A stretch of DNA of 64,000 nt from Candidatus Poriferihabitaceae bacterium (GCA_965208975.1 CBDBQH010000001.1:451280-515279), one strand, 5' to 3'. Positions 1 to 13,348 are shown, numbered from the stretch's first letter. The notes: generated by a model from the letters alone, not told the origin. Program-made: numbers and translations.

Positions 1-679
1 GGCTGAAATCATGGAGCAGTCCGGGTTGACGGAGCTGCCGCCAGTGGTGGAATTTCGGTCGGGGCGGACGCCGGTCATCAAGCCGCAATTACAGGGCCGG
101 GTGATCGCGATTGCCCGGGATGACGCTTTCACCTTTATCTATGCGGCCAACATCAAACTGTTGCAGGAACTGGGCGCCACCTGCGTCTGGTTTTCCCCGC
201 TGGCTGATGAAGTCCTGCCCGACGCTGACGCCTTATGGTTTCCCGGCGGTTATCCGGAATTGCATCAGCAACGACTCGCAAAAAACCGGCGGTTAATCAA
301 CCAGATTATCCGTTTTTGTAAAAATGGCAAGAAAGTCCTCGCCGAATGCGGTGGAATGCTGTACCTGATGGAATCCCTGACCGATATAAACGGCCAGCGC
401 GCGGAGATGATCGGTTTGATACCGGGACACGGGTTCATGCGGGAGCGGGGCGGCTGTCAGGGTATGCAGACCGCGCCGTTGCCCGGCGGCGAGGTCCGCG
501 CCCATGCTCACCATCGCACCCGCTGTGAGGAAACTGCCCGCCCGGTCGCTTTCGGCAAACGCGCGCGCCACGAGGCGCCGGGCGAGCCCATCTACCAGAT
601 CAACAACATTACCGCCAGCTATCTGCACCTCTATTTCCCGTCCAACCCGGACGCGGTCGCCACGTTGTTTACGGACTGA
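1..679 (+). CDS. cobB: cobyrinate a,c-diamide synthase, C-terminal glutamine-amidotransferase part (5' end upstream of window)
   Basis: ORF open to window edge; CobB/CbiA GATase-type signatures FPGGYPE, AECGGMLYL (nucleophile Cys), SYLHLYF. Confidence 0.8.
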   Translation, partial: AEIMEQSGLTELPPVVEFRSGRTPVIKPQLQGRVIAIARDDAFTFIYAANIKLLQELGATCVWFSPLADEVLPDADALWFPGGYPELHQQRLAKNRRLINQIIRFCKNGKKVLAECGGMLYLMESLTDINGQRAEMIGLIPGHGFMRERGGCQGMQTAPLPGGEVRAHAHHRTRCEETARPVAFGKRARHEAPGEPIYQINNITASYLHLYFPSNPDAVATLFTD

Positions 680-754
680 ATTGCCGGTATGCGGCAGTGA
701 TATCCGGTTCGTGGGCAGGCGCGCTGTCAGCGCACATTGGGCGCATATTAGAGG

Positions 755-785
755 TTGCGTTTTCATCATCTGTTCGTGGTATAAT
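755..785 (+). promoter_or_regulatory. candidate sigma70 promoter with extended -10 (TGgTATAAT 777-785; weak -35 TTGCGT 755-760)
   Basis: hexamers read directly; 58 nt upstream of ATG 844, which has a GAGGA Shine-Dalgarno. Confidence 0.4.
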
Positions 786-823
786 CCGGGTTGGTTATCC
801 GGGTTGGTTATCCGGGTTGGTTA
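785..823. repeat. three perfect tandem copies of the 13-bp unit TCCGGGTTGGTTA
   Basis: read directly; starts at the last base of the putative -10. Confidence 0.9.
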
Positions 824-843
824 AACTCAAGCGAGGACAATCG

Positions 844-2010
844 ATGGATACAGTAGTTATACCTTCCGCCTACACAGGCGGTTATGAAAAGGCTCGCCCG
901 TATAATCAGGCGCTGGTTGATAACTACCTCAGGCACACCACGATAGGTGACCCCGACCTGGATCCGTTGATGGAGGAACTGGTTGCCGGGATGCCGCCTG
1001 AAAACCTGCACCGATTCATCCGGGCTGGTCTTGAGCGGCATGATGACGTTCTGCGTGGCGCGCCGAAAGAACTGCGTGATTTTTTTGATAAAATCAATAC
1101 TCCCCCCCCCTGGCTCGACTACCAGGCTTTTGACCCGGCGATTCGCGCATTTAACAAAAATGTAGACCTCATGCTCACCGCATTTGTTACCGGGGTATTG
1201 GTAGAGGGTTTTTCAACACTGATCGCCAAGTCTTTCAGGATTACCGGGCGGGTGGGGGAGACTACCCGGCGCCTGAAGCAAAACAACCGCCACATGATGG
1301 AAATATTTTATCCTGACGGCCTGCATAGAGAGAACGATGGGTGGAAGCTGTCCGTGCGCATTCGATTTGTTCATGCCCGAATAAGGAGCCTGCTGTCAAA
1401 ATCGGACGATTGGCGCCATGAAGCCTGGGGCGCTCCGGTCAGTACCGCGCATCTGGGTTTTGCCATCTCTGTCTTTTCCCAGCGTCTGTTGGAATACTCG
1501 CTGCGAGTGGGCGCAAAGTACAACGACGAAGAGCAGACCAGTTTCCTTGCCGTCTGGCGTTATGCCGGCTATCTCATGGGAATCCCTGAAACCATCCTCT
1601 ATACCAACGGCGCCGAGGCGAAAGAAATATACAAGGTGGGTTATCTGTGTGAGCCGGAGCCGGACGCCGATTCGGTAGCGGTTGCAAATTTATTGATTCA
1701 ATCTATTCCGAATGTGGCGGGCGTGGAAGACCCGATTGAACAAGAAAAGCTGAGAACCCTGGCCTACCGTCTTTCACGAGCGCTCATCGGAAAACAGTTT
1801 GCCGAACGCTTCGACTTCCCAAAGAATTCTGCTGCCCCGGGAACACTGTTCTTTTTCCGGACGAAAGAACGTCTCAAGCGGCTCATACACCACAAGAAGA
1901 TCAAAGCAAATAATTTTTCCCAGCTTCTCGAGATTTCGGTGTACGACAAGCATGGACTGAGTTACAGGATGCCTGACCATGTTTACACATCCAAATCAAG
2001 CAAATGGTAA
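844..2010 (+). CDS. MpaB/DUF2236-family oxygenase-like protein
   Basis: 388-aa ORF from ATG 844 with SD; overall pattern recalled as DUF2236/MpaB; the 697-843 extension in the ORF track covers the promoter and repeat. Confidence 0.55.
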   Translation: MDTVVIPSAYTGGYEKARPYNQALVDNYLRHTTIGDPDLDPLMEELVAGMPPENLHRFIRAGLERHDDVLRGAPKELRDFFDKINTPPPWLDYQAFDPAIRAFNKNVDLMLTAFVTGVLVEGFSTLIAKSFRITGRVGETTRRLKQNNRHMMEIFYPDGLHRENDGWKLSVRIRFVHARIRSLLSKSDDWRHEAWGAPVSTAHLGFAISVFSQRLLEYSLRVGAKYNDEEQTSFLAVWRYAGYLMGIPETILYTNGAEAKEIYKVGYLCEPEPDADSVAVANLLIQSIPNVAGVEDPIEQEKLRTLAYRLSRALIGKQFAERFDFPKNSAAPGTLFFFRTKERLKRLIHHKKIKANNFSQLLEISVYDKHGLSYRMPDHVYTSKSSKW

Positions 2011-2079
2011 GGCGCGTTTGCGCCTGCGACATAATGGCCCCGGCCAGAAGACAGAGTCAGGCGGCAGCGATTCTGGCAG

Positions 2080-4398
2080 ATGGAGCGTAGTCATTCGGCG
2101 CCCCCCCGGCCACTGATGGAACGTTACATTGCAACCGTGCTGGGGCGCCGTTGGCTGGTCATGGCGCTCACGGTATTGATTATGCTGCTCGCGGCCTCTG
2201 GCGCCCGCTTTGTCACCACCACGAACGATTACCGCGTTATGTTCAGCGAGGACAATCCGGAACTCGCCGCTTTCACCGCCCTGGAGAACACCTATTCCGC
2301 TTCCAACAAGGCGTTGATTGCCATTACCGCGCAAGACGGTACGGTGTTTACACGCGAGGCGCTGGGCGTTTTTACAGAATTGACCGAGGCGGCCTGGCGC
2401 GCTCCTTATGCCAGCCGGGTGGACTCACTGACCAACTATCTCCATAGTGAAGCGGATGGAGACGACCTGACTGTCGCCGCGCTCGTTGATGATGCAGAGG
2501 CGCTGGGCGACGCCGACCTGGAACGGGTCGGGATGATTGCGCTGGGCGCCACCGATATTGCCGGGCGACTGGTCTCCCATGACGGGCGTACAGGCGGGGT
2601 GGCGATCAATTTTATCCTGCCCGAAAATCCGGATGCGGCCGTTATCGAAATTACCGATTACCTCAATGCCCTGCTGGAGAAAGCCCGCGCAAGTCATCCG
2701 GATATCGACTTCTACCTGACTGGCGATGTGATCATGAATCGCGCTTTCGCCGATGCGACAAGGGATGATTTGCGGATACTCGCTCCGATCGTGTTTCTCG
2801 TCATCATCGCCATGACCATGGCGCTTCTGCGCTCGGTTATCAGTAGCGTGGCTGTCGTCGCCGTACTCCTGTTCGCCATCAACACCACCATGGGGGTTGC
2901 GGGCTGGCTTGGCACCGTGTTCAGTCCCACCAACGCCGGGGTGCCGATCATTGTCATGGTGATCAGCGTGGCGCATTCAATCCATATCGTTACGCATGTT
3001 TTATTGGGCATGAAGCGCAATCTTACCCGCAACGCGGCGATCGCCGAATCAATTCGCATCAATGCCTGGCCGGTGTTTCTCACTTCCCTCACCACCATGA
3101 TCGGGTTTCTCAGCTTGAATGCCTCGGATGCGCCGCCTTTCCATATCCTGGGCAATCTGGTGGCGTTCGGCGTATTGTGCGCCTTTGTATACTCCATGAC
3201 GCTTCTGCCGGCGTTACTCTCGGTTCTGCCGTTACGAGTATCTCCCGCTCCAGCCGGACGCCGCGACCTGTTTGAACGTCTTGCCGACTTTGTCATTGAA
3301 AAGCGCACATTCCTGCTGGTTTCCCTCACCCTGGTGGCTGTCGTTCTGATTGCCGGCATTCCCCGCAATGAACTGAGCGATAACTGGACTGAGTATTTCG
3401 ATGAGCGTTACGAATTCCGGCGTGATACGGACTATGTCATTAACAACCTGACCGGCCTGGACCAGCTGGAATATTCGCTGGACGCGGGAAGTGAAGGCGG
3501 CGTTACGGAGCCCGGTTATCTGCGTCTGGTTGACGATTTCGCCAACTGGTATCGGCAGCAGCCCGGAGTCAGCCATGTCCAGGCATTCCCGGACATCATG
3601 AAGCGCCTGAACAAGAACATGAACGGCGACGACCCGGCGTTCTACGTGTTACCGGACACCCGGGAGCTTGCAGCCCAGTATCTGTTGTTGTACGAGTTCT
3701 CACTCCCGTTTGGCAGCGACCTGAACGACCGCATCAATGTCGCCAGGTCCGCTACGCGCATGACCGTTGTGGCCCGTGACCTGTCAACCCGGGACCTGCG
3801 TGAACTGGATGAGCGGGCGCAAGTCTGGCTTGGCGCCAATATGCCCGACCTTGCGACCCCCGCATCGGGTGTCAATGTGATTTTCGCGCATGTTTCCGAG
3901 CGCAATATCCACAGTATGCTGCGCGGCACAATCATTGCCATGGCCCTGATTTCACTGATTCTGATCCGGGTTTTCAGAAGTGTGCGGCTGGGTCTTGTCA
4001 GCCTGATACCCAATTTTATTCCCGCGGCCATGAGCTTCGGCCTGTGGGGCTATCTGGTTGGACATGTGGGTCTCGCTTCCTCGGTAGTCGTTGCCGTTAC
4101 TTTCGGGATCATCGTCGACGATACCGTTCATTTTCTGAGCAAGTACCAGAAAGCCCGCCGTGAGGGTCTCCCCGCGCCCGAAGCTGTGCGCTCCACCTTC
4201 TCTACCGTGGGCCATGCGCTATTAACTACGACCGTGATTTTATCGGCGGGTTTTCTGGTGTTTGCCACCTCGGGTTTCGAGCTGAGCTGGGCGCTTGGAA
4301 TGCTGGTCACGATCACCATCATTTTTGCGCTTGCCGCCGACTTTTTGCTTCTCCCGGCTCTGCTGATTGCCTTTGACCGAAGAAAATTGATGAGGTGA
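2080..4398 (+). CDS. RND/MMPL-superfamily exporter (COG1033, HpnN-like), two 6-TM bundles with periplasmic loops
   Basis: 772-aa ORF with two hydrophobic blocks (about aa 230-390 and 620-770), each preceded by a large soluble domain; alternative start ATG 2116. Confidence 0.8.
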   Translation: MERSHSAPPRPLMERYIATVLGRRWLVMALTVLIMLLAASGARFVTTTNDYRVMFSEDNPELAAFTALENTYSASNKALIAITAQDGTVFTREALGVFTELTEAAWRAPYASRVDSLTNYLHSEADGDDLTVAALVDDAEALGDADLERVGMIALGATDIAGRLVSHDGRTGGVAINFILPENPDAAVIEITDYLNALLEKARASHPDIDFYLTGDVIMNRAFADATRDDLRILAPIVFLVIIAMTMALLRSVISSVAVVAVLLFAINTTMGVAGWLGTVFSPTNAGVPIIVMVISVAHSIHIVTHVLLGMKRNLTRNAAIAESIRINAWPVFLTSLTTMIGFLSLNASDAPPFHILGNLVAFGVLCAFVYSMTLLPALLSVLPLRVSPAPAGRRDLFERLADFVIEKRTFLLVSLTLVAVVLIAGIPRNELSDNWTEYFDERYEFRRDTDYVINNLTGLDQLEYSLDAGSEGGVTEPGYLRLVDDFANWYRQQPGVSHVQAFPDIMKRLNKNMNGDDPAFYVLPDTRELAAQYLLLYEFSLPFGSDLNDRINVARSATRMTVVARDLSTRDLRELDERAQVWLGANMPDLATPASGVNVIFAHVSERNIHSMLRGTIIAMALISLILIRVFRSVRLGLVSLIPNFIPAAMSFGLWGYLVGHVGLASSVVVAVTFGIIVDDTVHFLSKYQKARREGLPAPEAVRSTFSTVGHALLTTTVILSAGFLVFATSGFELSWALGMLVTITIIFALAADFLLLPALLIAFDRRKLMR

Positions 4399-4455
4399 TG
4401 AAGGGCGCCGCCGTACCGGAACTGTGGATCATAACGGGTTACGGTAATTCCTTGA

Positions 4456-5874
<1,419 letters not shown>

Positions 5875-5917
5875 AATCAATTCTCTTTAAGGAGGTGATA
5901 CTCAATACCGGAGCCGG

Positions 5918-7087
5918 TTAGCGGATTCCGGCGTCTGCTTTCAATGCGTCTGCCTTGTCTGTTCTTTCCCATGAAAATTCAGGCTCCGAACGCCCAAAGT
6001 GCCCATACGCCGCGGTATTGCGGTAGATCGGGCGTAGCAGATCCAGGCTCTGGATAATGGCCTTTGGCCGCAGGTCGAAATGCCGGTTGACCAATGCCTC
6101 GATTCGGGTATCGTCAATTTTGCCGGTGCCGAAGGTCTCGACCATGACCGATACCGGCCTGGCGACGCCGATGGCATAAGCCACCTGAACCTCGCATTTA
6201 TCGGCCAGGCCAGCCGCCACGATGTTTTTCGCCACGTAACGTGTGGCATAGGAGGCGGAACGGTCCACTTTCGACGGGTCCTTGCCGGAAAATGCGCCAC
6301 CGCCATGGTGCGCGGAGCCGCCGTAGGTATCGACAATGATTTTGCGCCCGGTCAGACCGCAGTCAGCGACCGGCCCGCCAATCTCGAAGCGGCCAGTCGG
6401 GTTGACCAGAAAACGGGTATTGGCGTCCAGCATATTGGCCGGCAATACCGGCTTGATGATTTCTTCGATCACCGCTTCAGACAATTCCTCATGAGCCATA
6501 TCCGGGCTATGCTGGGTGGACAGTACCACGGTATCAATGGCAACCGGGGTGGCGTTTTCATACTTCACGGTGACCTGGGATTTTGCGTCAGGCCGTAGCC
6601 AGGGCAGTTTCCCCGACTTGCGAACCTCTGATTGTCGGGCAACCAGACGATGGGCATAAGTGATCGGGAAGGGCATCAGCACATCGGTTTCATTACAGGC
6701 ATAGCCGAACATCAGGCCCTGATCGCCAGCGCCCTGATCCAGGTCAACCCCTTCGCCTTCATTGACCCCCTGAGCGATGTCGGCGGATTGCTTGTCAAGC
6801 GAAACCAGTACGGCACAGCTTTTGTGGTCGAATCCCATGGCGGACGAGTTATAGCCGATTTCACCAATCGTATTACGCACCACTTCCTGAAAGTCCACCA
6901 CCGCATCGGTTGTGATTTCTCCGGCGACAATCGCCATGCCCGTCGTAACCATGGTTTCGCACCCGACCCTGGATTTCGGGTCTTCGCTCAGCAGCGCGTC
7001 GAGTATCGAATCCGATATTTGATCCGCGACCTTGTCCGGGTGCCCCGCCGACACCGATTCCGATGTAAACAAATAAGACTTTGACAT
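5918..7087 (-). CDS. metK: S-adenosylmethionine synthetase
   Basis: [48 protein letters not shown] signatures. Confidence 0.95.
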   Translation of the reverse strand: MSKSYLFTSESVSAGHPDKVADQISDSILDALLSEDPKSRVGCETMVTTGMAIVAGEITTDAVVDFQEVVRNTIGEIGYNSSAMGFDHKSCAVLVSLDKQSADIAQGVNEGEGVDLDQGAGDQGLMFGYACNETDVLMPFPITYAHRLVARQSEVRKSGKLPWLRPDAKSQVTVKYENATPVAIDTVVLSTQHSPDMAHEELSEAVIEEIIKPVLPANMLDANTRFLVNPTGRFEIGGPVADCGLTGRKIIVDTYGGSAHHGGGAFSGKDPSKVDRSASYATRYVAKNIVAAGLADKCEVQVAYAIGVARPVSVMVETFGTGKIDDTRIEALVNRHFDLRPKAIIQSLDLLRPIYRNTAAYGHFGRSEPEFSWERTDKADALKADAGIR

Positions 7088-7200
7088 GATTTCATGACCT
7101 CAATCAATGCGCTGTCGACCCGGCGCCGTTGCCTGGCGTCGCCAGTCGCGAAAAATAAATGACCAGAATATAAAGAAATCTTTATATGTTTGGATTGTAG

Positions 7201-8255
<1,055 letters not shown>

Positions 8256-8271
8256 ATCAGGCTGAAATATC

Positions 8272-9045
8272 ATGGCGGAAGCTTATTTTGAAACAGTGAT
8301 TGAGGTCCACCACTGGTCGGACAAGTTGTTCACGATAAAAACCACTCGTCCTCCCGGCTTGCGTTTCCGCAACGGGGAGTTTGCGATGATGGGAATGGAG
8401 ATTGATGGCAAGCCGCTGATGCGCGCCTACAGCATGGCCAGCTCGAACCATGAGGATTACCTGGAGTTTTACAGCATCAAGGTGCAGGATGGACCGTTGA
8501 CCTCCAGATTGCAGCATGTGAAGGTGGGGGAGCGGTTGCTGATCAGCAAAAAACCCACCGGCACCTTGTTGTGGGATCGTCTGCGCCCCGGCAAGCGTCT
8601 CTACCTGTTGGGCACGGGTACCGGTCTTGCGCCCTACCTTTCGATCATCAAGGGGCCGGATGTCTATGATCACTTTGAAAAGGTGATTCTGGTGCACGGT
8701 TGCCGTTATATCAACGAGCTGACCTATCAACAGTTGATTGAGCGCGAGCTGAAGGATAATGAATATTTCGGCGACAGTGTCCGCGACAAACTGATCTACT
8801 ATCCCGCCGTTACCCGGGAAAAATACAAGAATTTCGGGCGTCTCTCGACATTGCTTGAAAGCGGGAAACTGATGAGGGACATCAATATGCCGGCCCTTGC
8901 TGTCGAAGAGGATCGGTTTATGCTGTGTGGCGGGCCGGGTATGCTGAAAAGTTTGTCCGGCATCCTCAATACGATGGGTTTCCGGGAAACCCGAAAGAGT
9001 GACTACAGGGAGTACGTAGTGGAACGGGCTTTCGTGGAGAAGTAA
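8272..9045 (+). CDS. fpr: ferredoxin-NADP(+) reductase
   Basis: 257 aa; RAYSMAS FAD-binding motif, GTGLAP NADP motif, C-terminal ERAFVEK typical of bacterial Fpr. Confidence 0.9.
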   Translation: MAEAYFETVIEVHHWSDKLFTIKTTRPPGLRFRNGEFAMMGMEIDGKPLMRAYSMASSNHEDYLEFYSIKVQDGPLTSRLQHVKVGERLLISKKPTGTLLWDRLRPGKRLYLLGTGTGLAPYLSIIKGPDVYDHFEKVILVHGCRYINELTYQQLIERELKDNEYFGDSVRDKLIYYPAVTREKYKNFGRLSTLLESGKLMRDINMPALAVEEDRFMLCGGPGMLKSLSGILNTMGFRETRKSDYREYVVERAFVEK

Positions 9046-9120
9046 TCTCCCGAAAAATAGACAGAATCCGGCTGTTCGGTTAGTATCTGAGCTTAACTAC
9101 CCAATCATAAGGTATCAGGT

Positions 9121-9591
9121 ATGCAGATGAGATTGAAAATCAACGGCCGCCAGGTCGAGGTGGAAGCGGCGCAAGGTATGCCGTTGTTGTGGGTGTTGCG
9201 CGATGAATTGAAGATGACCGGCACAAAGTATGGGTGTGGTGTGGCTTCCTGCGGAGCGTGCACAGTGCATGTGAACGGCGCTCCGGTACGGTCGTGCGTG
9301 ACACCTGCCGAAGGTTTGGCGGACGCCGAAATCACGACCATTGAGGGACTGGATTCGAAGGCTGGCCGGGCGGTGCAGCAAGCCTGGGCCGAACACAATG
9401 TCGTACAGTGCGGCTACTGCCAGTGCGGACAAATCATGTCGGCGGCAGGGTTGCTCGGCGCAAATTCCAGTCCGGACATGGACGAGATTGAGACTTACAT
9501 GGCAGGTAATGTTTGTCGCTGCGCCACATATCAGAGAATCCGGAGCGCCGTCGCGCGCGCCGCCGAAATTCTGGAGGAGGAAAATCAATGA
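9121..9591 (+). CDS. (2Fe-2S)-binding small subunit of an IorAB-type aldehyde/isoquinoline oxidoreductase
   Basis: CGVASCGACTV and CGYCQCGQIM...CRCATY cluster motifs; stop overlaps the next start (ATGA). Confidence 0.9.
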   Translation: MQMRLKINGRQVEVEAAQGMPLLWVLRDELKMTGTKYGCGVASCGACTVHVNGAPVRSCVTPAEGLADAEITTIEGLDSKAGRAVQQAWAEHNVVQCGYCQCGQIMSAAGLLGANSSPDMDEIETYMAGNVCRCATYQRIRSAVARAAEILEEENQ

Positions 9592-11771
9592 CTACTACCC
9601 TGTCCCGCAGGGGCTTCCTGCAGACTGCGTCCGCCACGGTCGCCGCCGCGCTCGTAATCGGATATTCTCCCCGTGGAGCGCTGGCGGCGGCGTCCGCTGG
9701 CGGTGGCCATTTCACGCCTTTTGTGAAGATCGACACAGCCGGTCAGATTACTGTGCTTGTCAAGCATTTCGAGATGGGGCAGGGTGTCAGCACCGGCCTG
9801 CCTACCCTGATTGCAGAAGAGCTTGGCGTTGAACTTGATGAAGTGGCGATTGAGTTCGCGCCGTCCGACGTAACCCGTTACGCCAATCTCCTGTTCGGTA
9901 TCCAGGGCACCGGCGGCTCGACTTCCATGGCCAATTCCTTCATGCAGTATCGCAAGGCCGGAGCGGCCGCCCGCGAGATGCTTTTGGGAGCCGCCGCCGG
10001 CGCCTGGAATGTCGCTCCAACGGAGTTGACGCTGTCGAATGGCATGATTTCCGGCGCTGGCCGTGAGGCCCTGCTGGCCGATTTTGTCGCGGATGCCGCG
10101 GCCATGGAGGTTCCTGTCGAACCGGCGCTCAGAAGCCCGCAAACATTCCGGTTGATCGGTAACCCGAACACCGCGCGCCGTGATAACGCTCCCAAAATAG
10201 ACGGCAGCGCCCGCTTTGCGATGGATGTTCAGCTGGAGGGTCAGGTGGTTGCTGTCATTAAACGCAGTCCCCGTTTCGGTGGAACGGTGGTTTCGATGGA
10301 TTCGTCAGCCGCCGCGGCGATCCCCGGTTTTGTCAACGCGGTGACCCTGCCGACCGCAAACGGAGTGATTGTTTATGCCCGCAATACCTGGGCGGCCATG
10401 CAGGCGCGTAAGGCGGTTGCGGTTGAATGGGATTTTGCCGAAGCGGAAAATCGCGGATCGGACGAGATCGAATCGGCGCTTCTCGCGGCAGTGAACGCTC
10501 CTCCCGCTTTCATCGCCAAAGAAGGCGCCGGGCTGGAAGAAACCACGCGGCTGGTTGCTCAGGCGGCGCAGACAGTCGAGGCTGAATTTTTTCTGCCTTG
10601 GCTGTGTCATGCGCCGATGGAACCGTTGACCTGCACCATTGAGCCGACCGCCAACGGGGTCAGACTCCACGATGGCTGCCAGCTTACGAGCGGGGCGCAT
10701 CAGGCGCTTGCGGCAGTACTCAATCTGCCAATGGAGAATATCGAGATCAACACGCTGTACGCCGGAGGCTCATTCGGACGGCGCGCCACCATGACTGCGG
10801 ACTATCATGTTGAAGCCGCTATGGCCTTCGCGATGAGCGACCGCTCGCGTCCGGTCAAACTGGTCTGGTCACGTGAGGACGATCTTGCCGGTGGCGCTTA
10901 CCGTCCGGCGTTCGCGCACAAGGTACGTGTTGGCCTGGACGCCGACGGGCGCATGATTGCCTGGGACCACCGCGTCGTCGGCAAGCCCATTTTCAAGGGC
11001 ACGGCGTTTGAACAGGCGTTTGTGCATAATGGCGTTGACCACTCATCCGTGGAAGGCGTGTCGGATACGCTGTACGGGATTCCCGGCCAGTTTGTCGGTC
11101 TCACCGACTTTAAATCCGCCATCACTGTGAACTGGTGGCGTTCGGTTGGTCACAGCCATACCGCCTTCGTCATGGAGTCGATGATGGATATGGCGGCAAA
11201 GGCGGCGGGACGCGATCCGGTCGCCTGGCGGCTTTCGCATCTTGCCGGCGATTCAAAAGATCAGCGAAGATTAGCCGGAGTCCTGCGTCTGGCGGCGTCG
11301 AGTTCCGGTTGGGAGCGTCCGCTTGCGCCCGGTCGAAGTCGTGGAATCGCGGCGCATAAATCTTTCGGCACGTATGTGGCCCAGGTCGTCGAGATTTCCC
11401 GCGACGCAGACGGTTCCGTGAAGGTGGAAAAGGTAACCTGTGCGGTTGATTGCGGGGTTGCAGTGAACCCGGATATTGTCAAAGCGCAGATTGAAGGCGG
11501 TATCGGCTACGGGCTCGGCCATGTCATGCGTAACGAGATCACATTCGGCAATGGTGAGGTGACACAGTCGAATTTCCCCAACTATGCGCCGTTACGGATT
11601 GCGGACATCGGCGCTATTGAGGTGCAGATCGTGGATTCTCAGGAGCCGCCGAGCGGAATCGGAGAGCCGGGCGTACCGCCCGCCGGGCCTGCCCTGGCCA
11701 ATGCCATTGCGGTTGACGGTCCCCGAGTTACCCGATTGCCGATGATCAACAATGGGGTGCGTTTCGCTTGA
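9588..11771 (+). CDS. molybdopterin-dependent oxidoreductase large subunit (IorB-type) with Tat signal
   Basis: 727 aa from ATG 9588; twin-arginine leader MTTTLSRRGFLQTASA; xanthine-oxidase-family large subunit pattern. Confidence 0.9.
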   Translation: MTTTLSRRGFLQTASATVAAALVIGYSPRGALAAASAGGGHFTPFVKIDTAGQITVLVKHFEMGQGVSTGLPTLIAEELGVELDEVAIEFAPSDVTRYANLLFGIQGTGGSTSMANSFMQYRKAGAAAREMLLGAAAGAWNVAPTELTLSNGMISGAGREALLADFVADAAAMEVPVEPALRSPQTFRLIGNPNTARRDNAPKIDGSARFAMDVQLEGQVVAVIKRSPRFGGTVVSMDSSAAAAIPGFVNAVTLPTANGVIVYARNTWAAMQARKAVAVEWDFAEAENRGSDEIESALLAAVNAPPAFIAKEGAGLEETTRLVAQAAQTVEAEFFLPWLCHAPMEPLTCTIEPTANGVRLHDGCQLTSGAHQALAAVLNLPMENIEINTLYAGGSFGRRATMTADYHVEAAMAFAMSDRSRPVKLVWSREDDLAGGAYRPAFAHKVRVGLDADGRMIAWDHRVVGKPIFKGTAFEQAFVHNGVDHSSVEGVSDTLYGIPGQFVGLTDFKSAITVNWWRSVGHSHTAFVMESMMDMAAKAAGRDPVAWRLSHLAGDSKDQRRLAGVLRLAASSSGWERPLAPGRSRGIAAHKSFGTYVAQVVEISRDADGSVKVEKVTCAVDCGVAVNPDIVKAQIEGGIGYGLGHVMRNEITFGNGEVTQSNFPNYAPLRIADIGAIEVQIVDSQEPPSGIGEPGVPPAGPALANAIAVDGPRVTRLPMINNGVRFA

Positions 11772-12375
11772 TGCTTGCGGCGTCGCCGCGATTGTGCTCG
11801 CGGCTGGCTGCTCCACCCGCATGGCGTCCGGCAACAAACTGCTTGCGGATGTTGACGGCAAGCCCATGCTGCATCGAACACTCGAGGCGGTGGAGTGCGC
11901 GAACCTGCAACCCATTGTGGTGGTCACTGGATTCCAGTCGGCTCGAATCTGTGAATCCATCGCGCAATACCCGGTCGAAATCGCCCATAACCCGGATTAT
12001 CGACAGGGTCTCGGTACGTCATTGCGAACCGGAATCGCTTCGCTGCCGGACTCGACCGGCGCCGCCATCATTTTTCTTGCCGATATGCCCGATATTACCG
12101 CCGATGTGCCCAACCGCCTGATTCGCGCTCACTTCACTTCAAAAGATAAAATCTGCGTCCCGGTCCGCGCCGGCAGGAGAGGCAATCCGGTACTATGGCC
12201 AAGACGATATTTTCAAGACCTGAGCCGGGTCGAAGGGGATGTTGGCGGTCGCTATCTGATGCGGAAGTTCTGCGATTCTGTGCAGGAAGTTCCGGTATCC
12301 TCCGCTTCCATTTTTAATGACGTGGATACGGTGCAGGACCTGAAGACGCGATCTGTTCGTCGCCAGACAGATTGA
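11752..12375 (+). CDS. mocA: molybdenum cofactor cytidylyltransferase-like nucleotidyltransferase (MocA family)
   Basis: N-terminal AAIVLAAGCSTRM NTP-transferase motif; overlaps the end of the large-subunit gene. Confidence 0.75.
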   Translation: MGCVSLDACGVAAIVLAAGCSTRMASGNKLLADVDGKPMLHRTLEAVECANLQPIVVVTGFQSARICESIAQYPVEIAHNPDYRQGLGTSLRTGIASLPDSTGAAIIFLADMPDITADVPNRLIRAHFTSKDKICVPVRAGRRGNPVLWPRRYFQDLSRVEGDVGGRYLMRKFCDSVQEVPVSSASIFNDVDTVQDLKTRSVRRQTD

Positions 12376-12384
12376 CCGGAATAC

Positions 12385-13347
12385 GTGATGAAAAACAGTG
12401 ATACTGAAGTCCTGCAAGCGGCCTCTGACTGGCTGGAAGACGGACATACCGTGGAATTGGTTACCCTGGTGGAAACCTGGGGGTCGTCACCCCGACCGAT
12501 CGGCTCTTTAGCCGCAGTGCGTAATGACGGCAAGCTGGTTGGCTCCGTATCCGGCGGTTGTATCGAAAAGCAGCTGGCTACCCGATTACGGCGCGACCAA
12601 CCGATCGGTATCGTACAACATAATATCAGCCATGAGCAGGCAATTCGTTATGGACTGCCCTGTGGCGGGTCGCTGAAGCTGGTCATTGAACATCTCGAAG
12701 ACGCGACCCCGCTATGCGGCATATTACAGGAACTCGAAGCTCGTAAACTCGTTAGCCGGACGGTCCATCTGGAATCGGGCAAAACCAGCGTCCGACTGGT
12801 AAACAAAAGTGAGAGACTCCGCTTTGATGGCAAAACCCTGACCAAAGTGTTCGGGCCGGTGCAGGAGCTACTCGTGATCGGCGCCGGGCAGTTATCGCGT
12901 TATGTCGCGGAATTGGCTATTGCCCTGGATTTCCGGGTGACCGTCTGTGAACCGAGGGAAGACTTCGCCAGTGTCTGGAGCGTATCCGGCGCCAGGATTG
13001 ATTCGCGCTTCCCGGATGAAGTCGTGCGGGAACTGGCAAATGACTCCACGCTTGCGGTTCTGGCCCTGACCCATGAGCCAAACCTCGACGACCTGGCCTT
13101 GCTGGAAGCGCTGGAAAGAGACCTGTTTTATGTCGGTGCGCTCGGCTCCCGGCGCAGCAGCGAAAACCGGCGCAAGCGCCTTCGGTTCCTGGGCCTCGCT
13201 GAATCGCGGCTTGATCGCCTGCATGGCCCGGTCGGCCTTGATATCGGCAGCCGGACACCGGCTGAAATCGCGATTTCGATCATGGCGCAAATCATCGCTG
13301 TGCGAAACGGATTCCCGCAATTCCCCCTCCCGGACGGCCACTCGTGA
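12385..13347 (+). CDS. XdhC-family molybdoenzyme maturation factor
   Basis: 320 aa; XdhC/CoxI N-domain (GSSPRPIGS, SGGCIE) and Rossmann-like C-domain (LLVIGAGQLS). Confidence 0.85.
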   Translation: MMKNSDTEVLQAASDWLEDGHTVELVTLVETWGSSPRPIGSLAAVRNDGKLVGSVSGGCIEKQLATRLRRDQPIGIVQHNISHEQAIRYGLPCGGSLKLVIEHLEDATPLCGILQELEARKLVSRTVHLESGKTSVRLVNKSERLRFDGKTLTKVFGPVQELLVIGAGQLSRYVAELAIALDFRVTVCEPREDFASVWSVSGARIDSRFPDEVVRELANDSTLAVLALTHEPNLDDLALLEALERDLFYVGALGSRRSSENRRKRLRFLGLAESRLDRLHGPVGLDIGSRTPAEIAISIMAQIIAVRNGFPQFPLPDGHS

Positions 13348-13348
13348 A

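Noticed and set aside
13073-13348. Upstream extension of the antiporter ORF overlapping xdhC
   Set aside because: It is an out-of-frame read-through of the XdhC coding region. The membrane protein begins at MNAILLLIAFLAG (13349). N-terminal over-extensions were rejected for the same reason at 697-843, 7249-7332, 9513-9587, 37034-37090, 37065-37256, 43518-43619, 50040-50096, 50302-50394 and 58189-58266.
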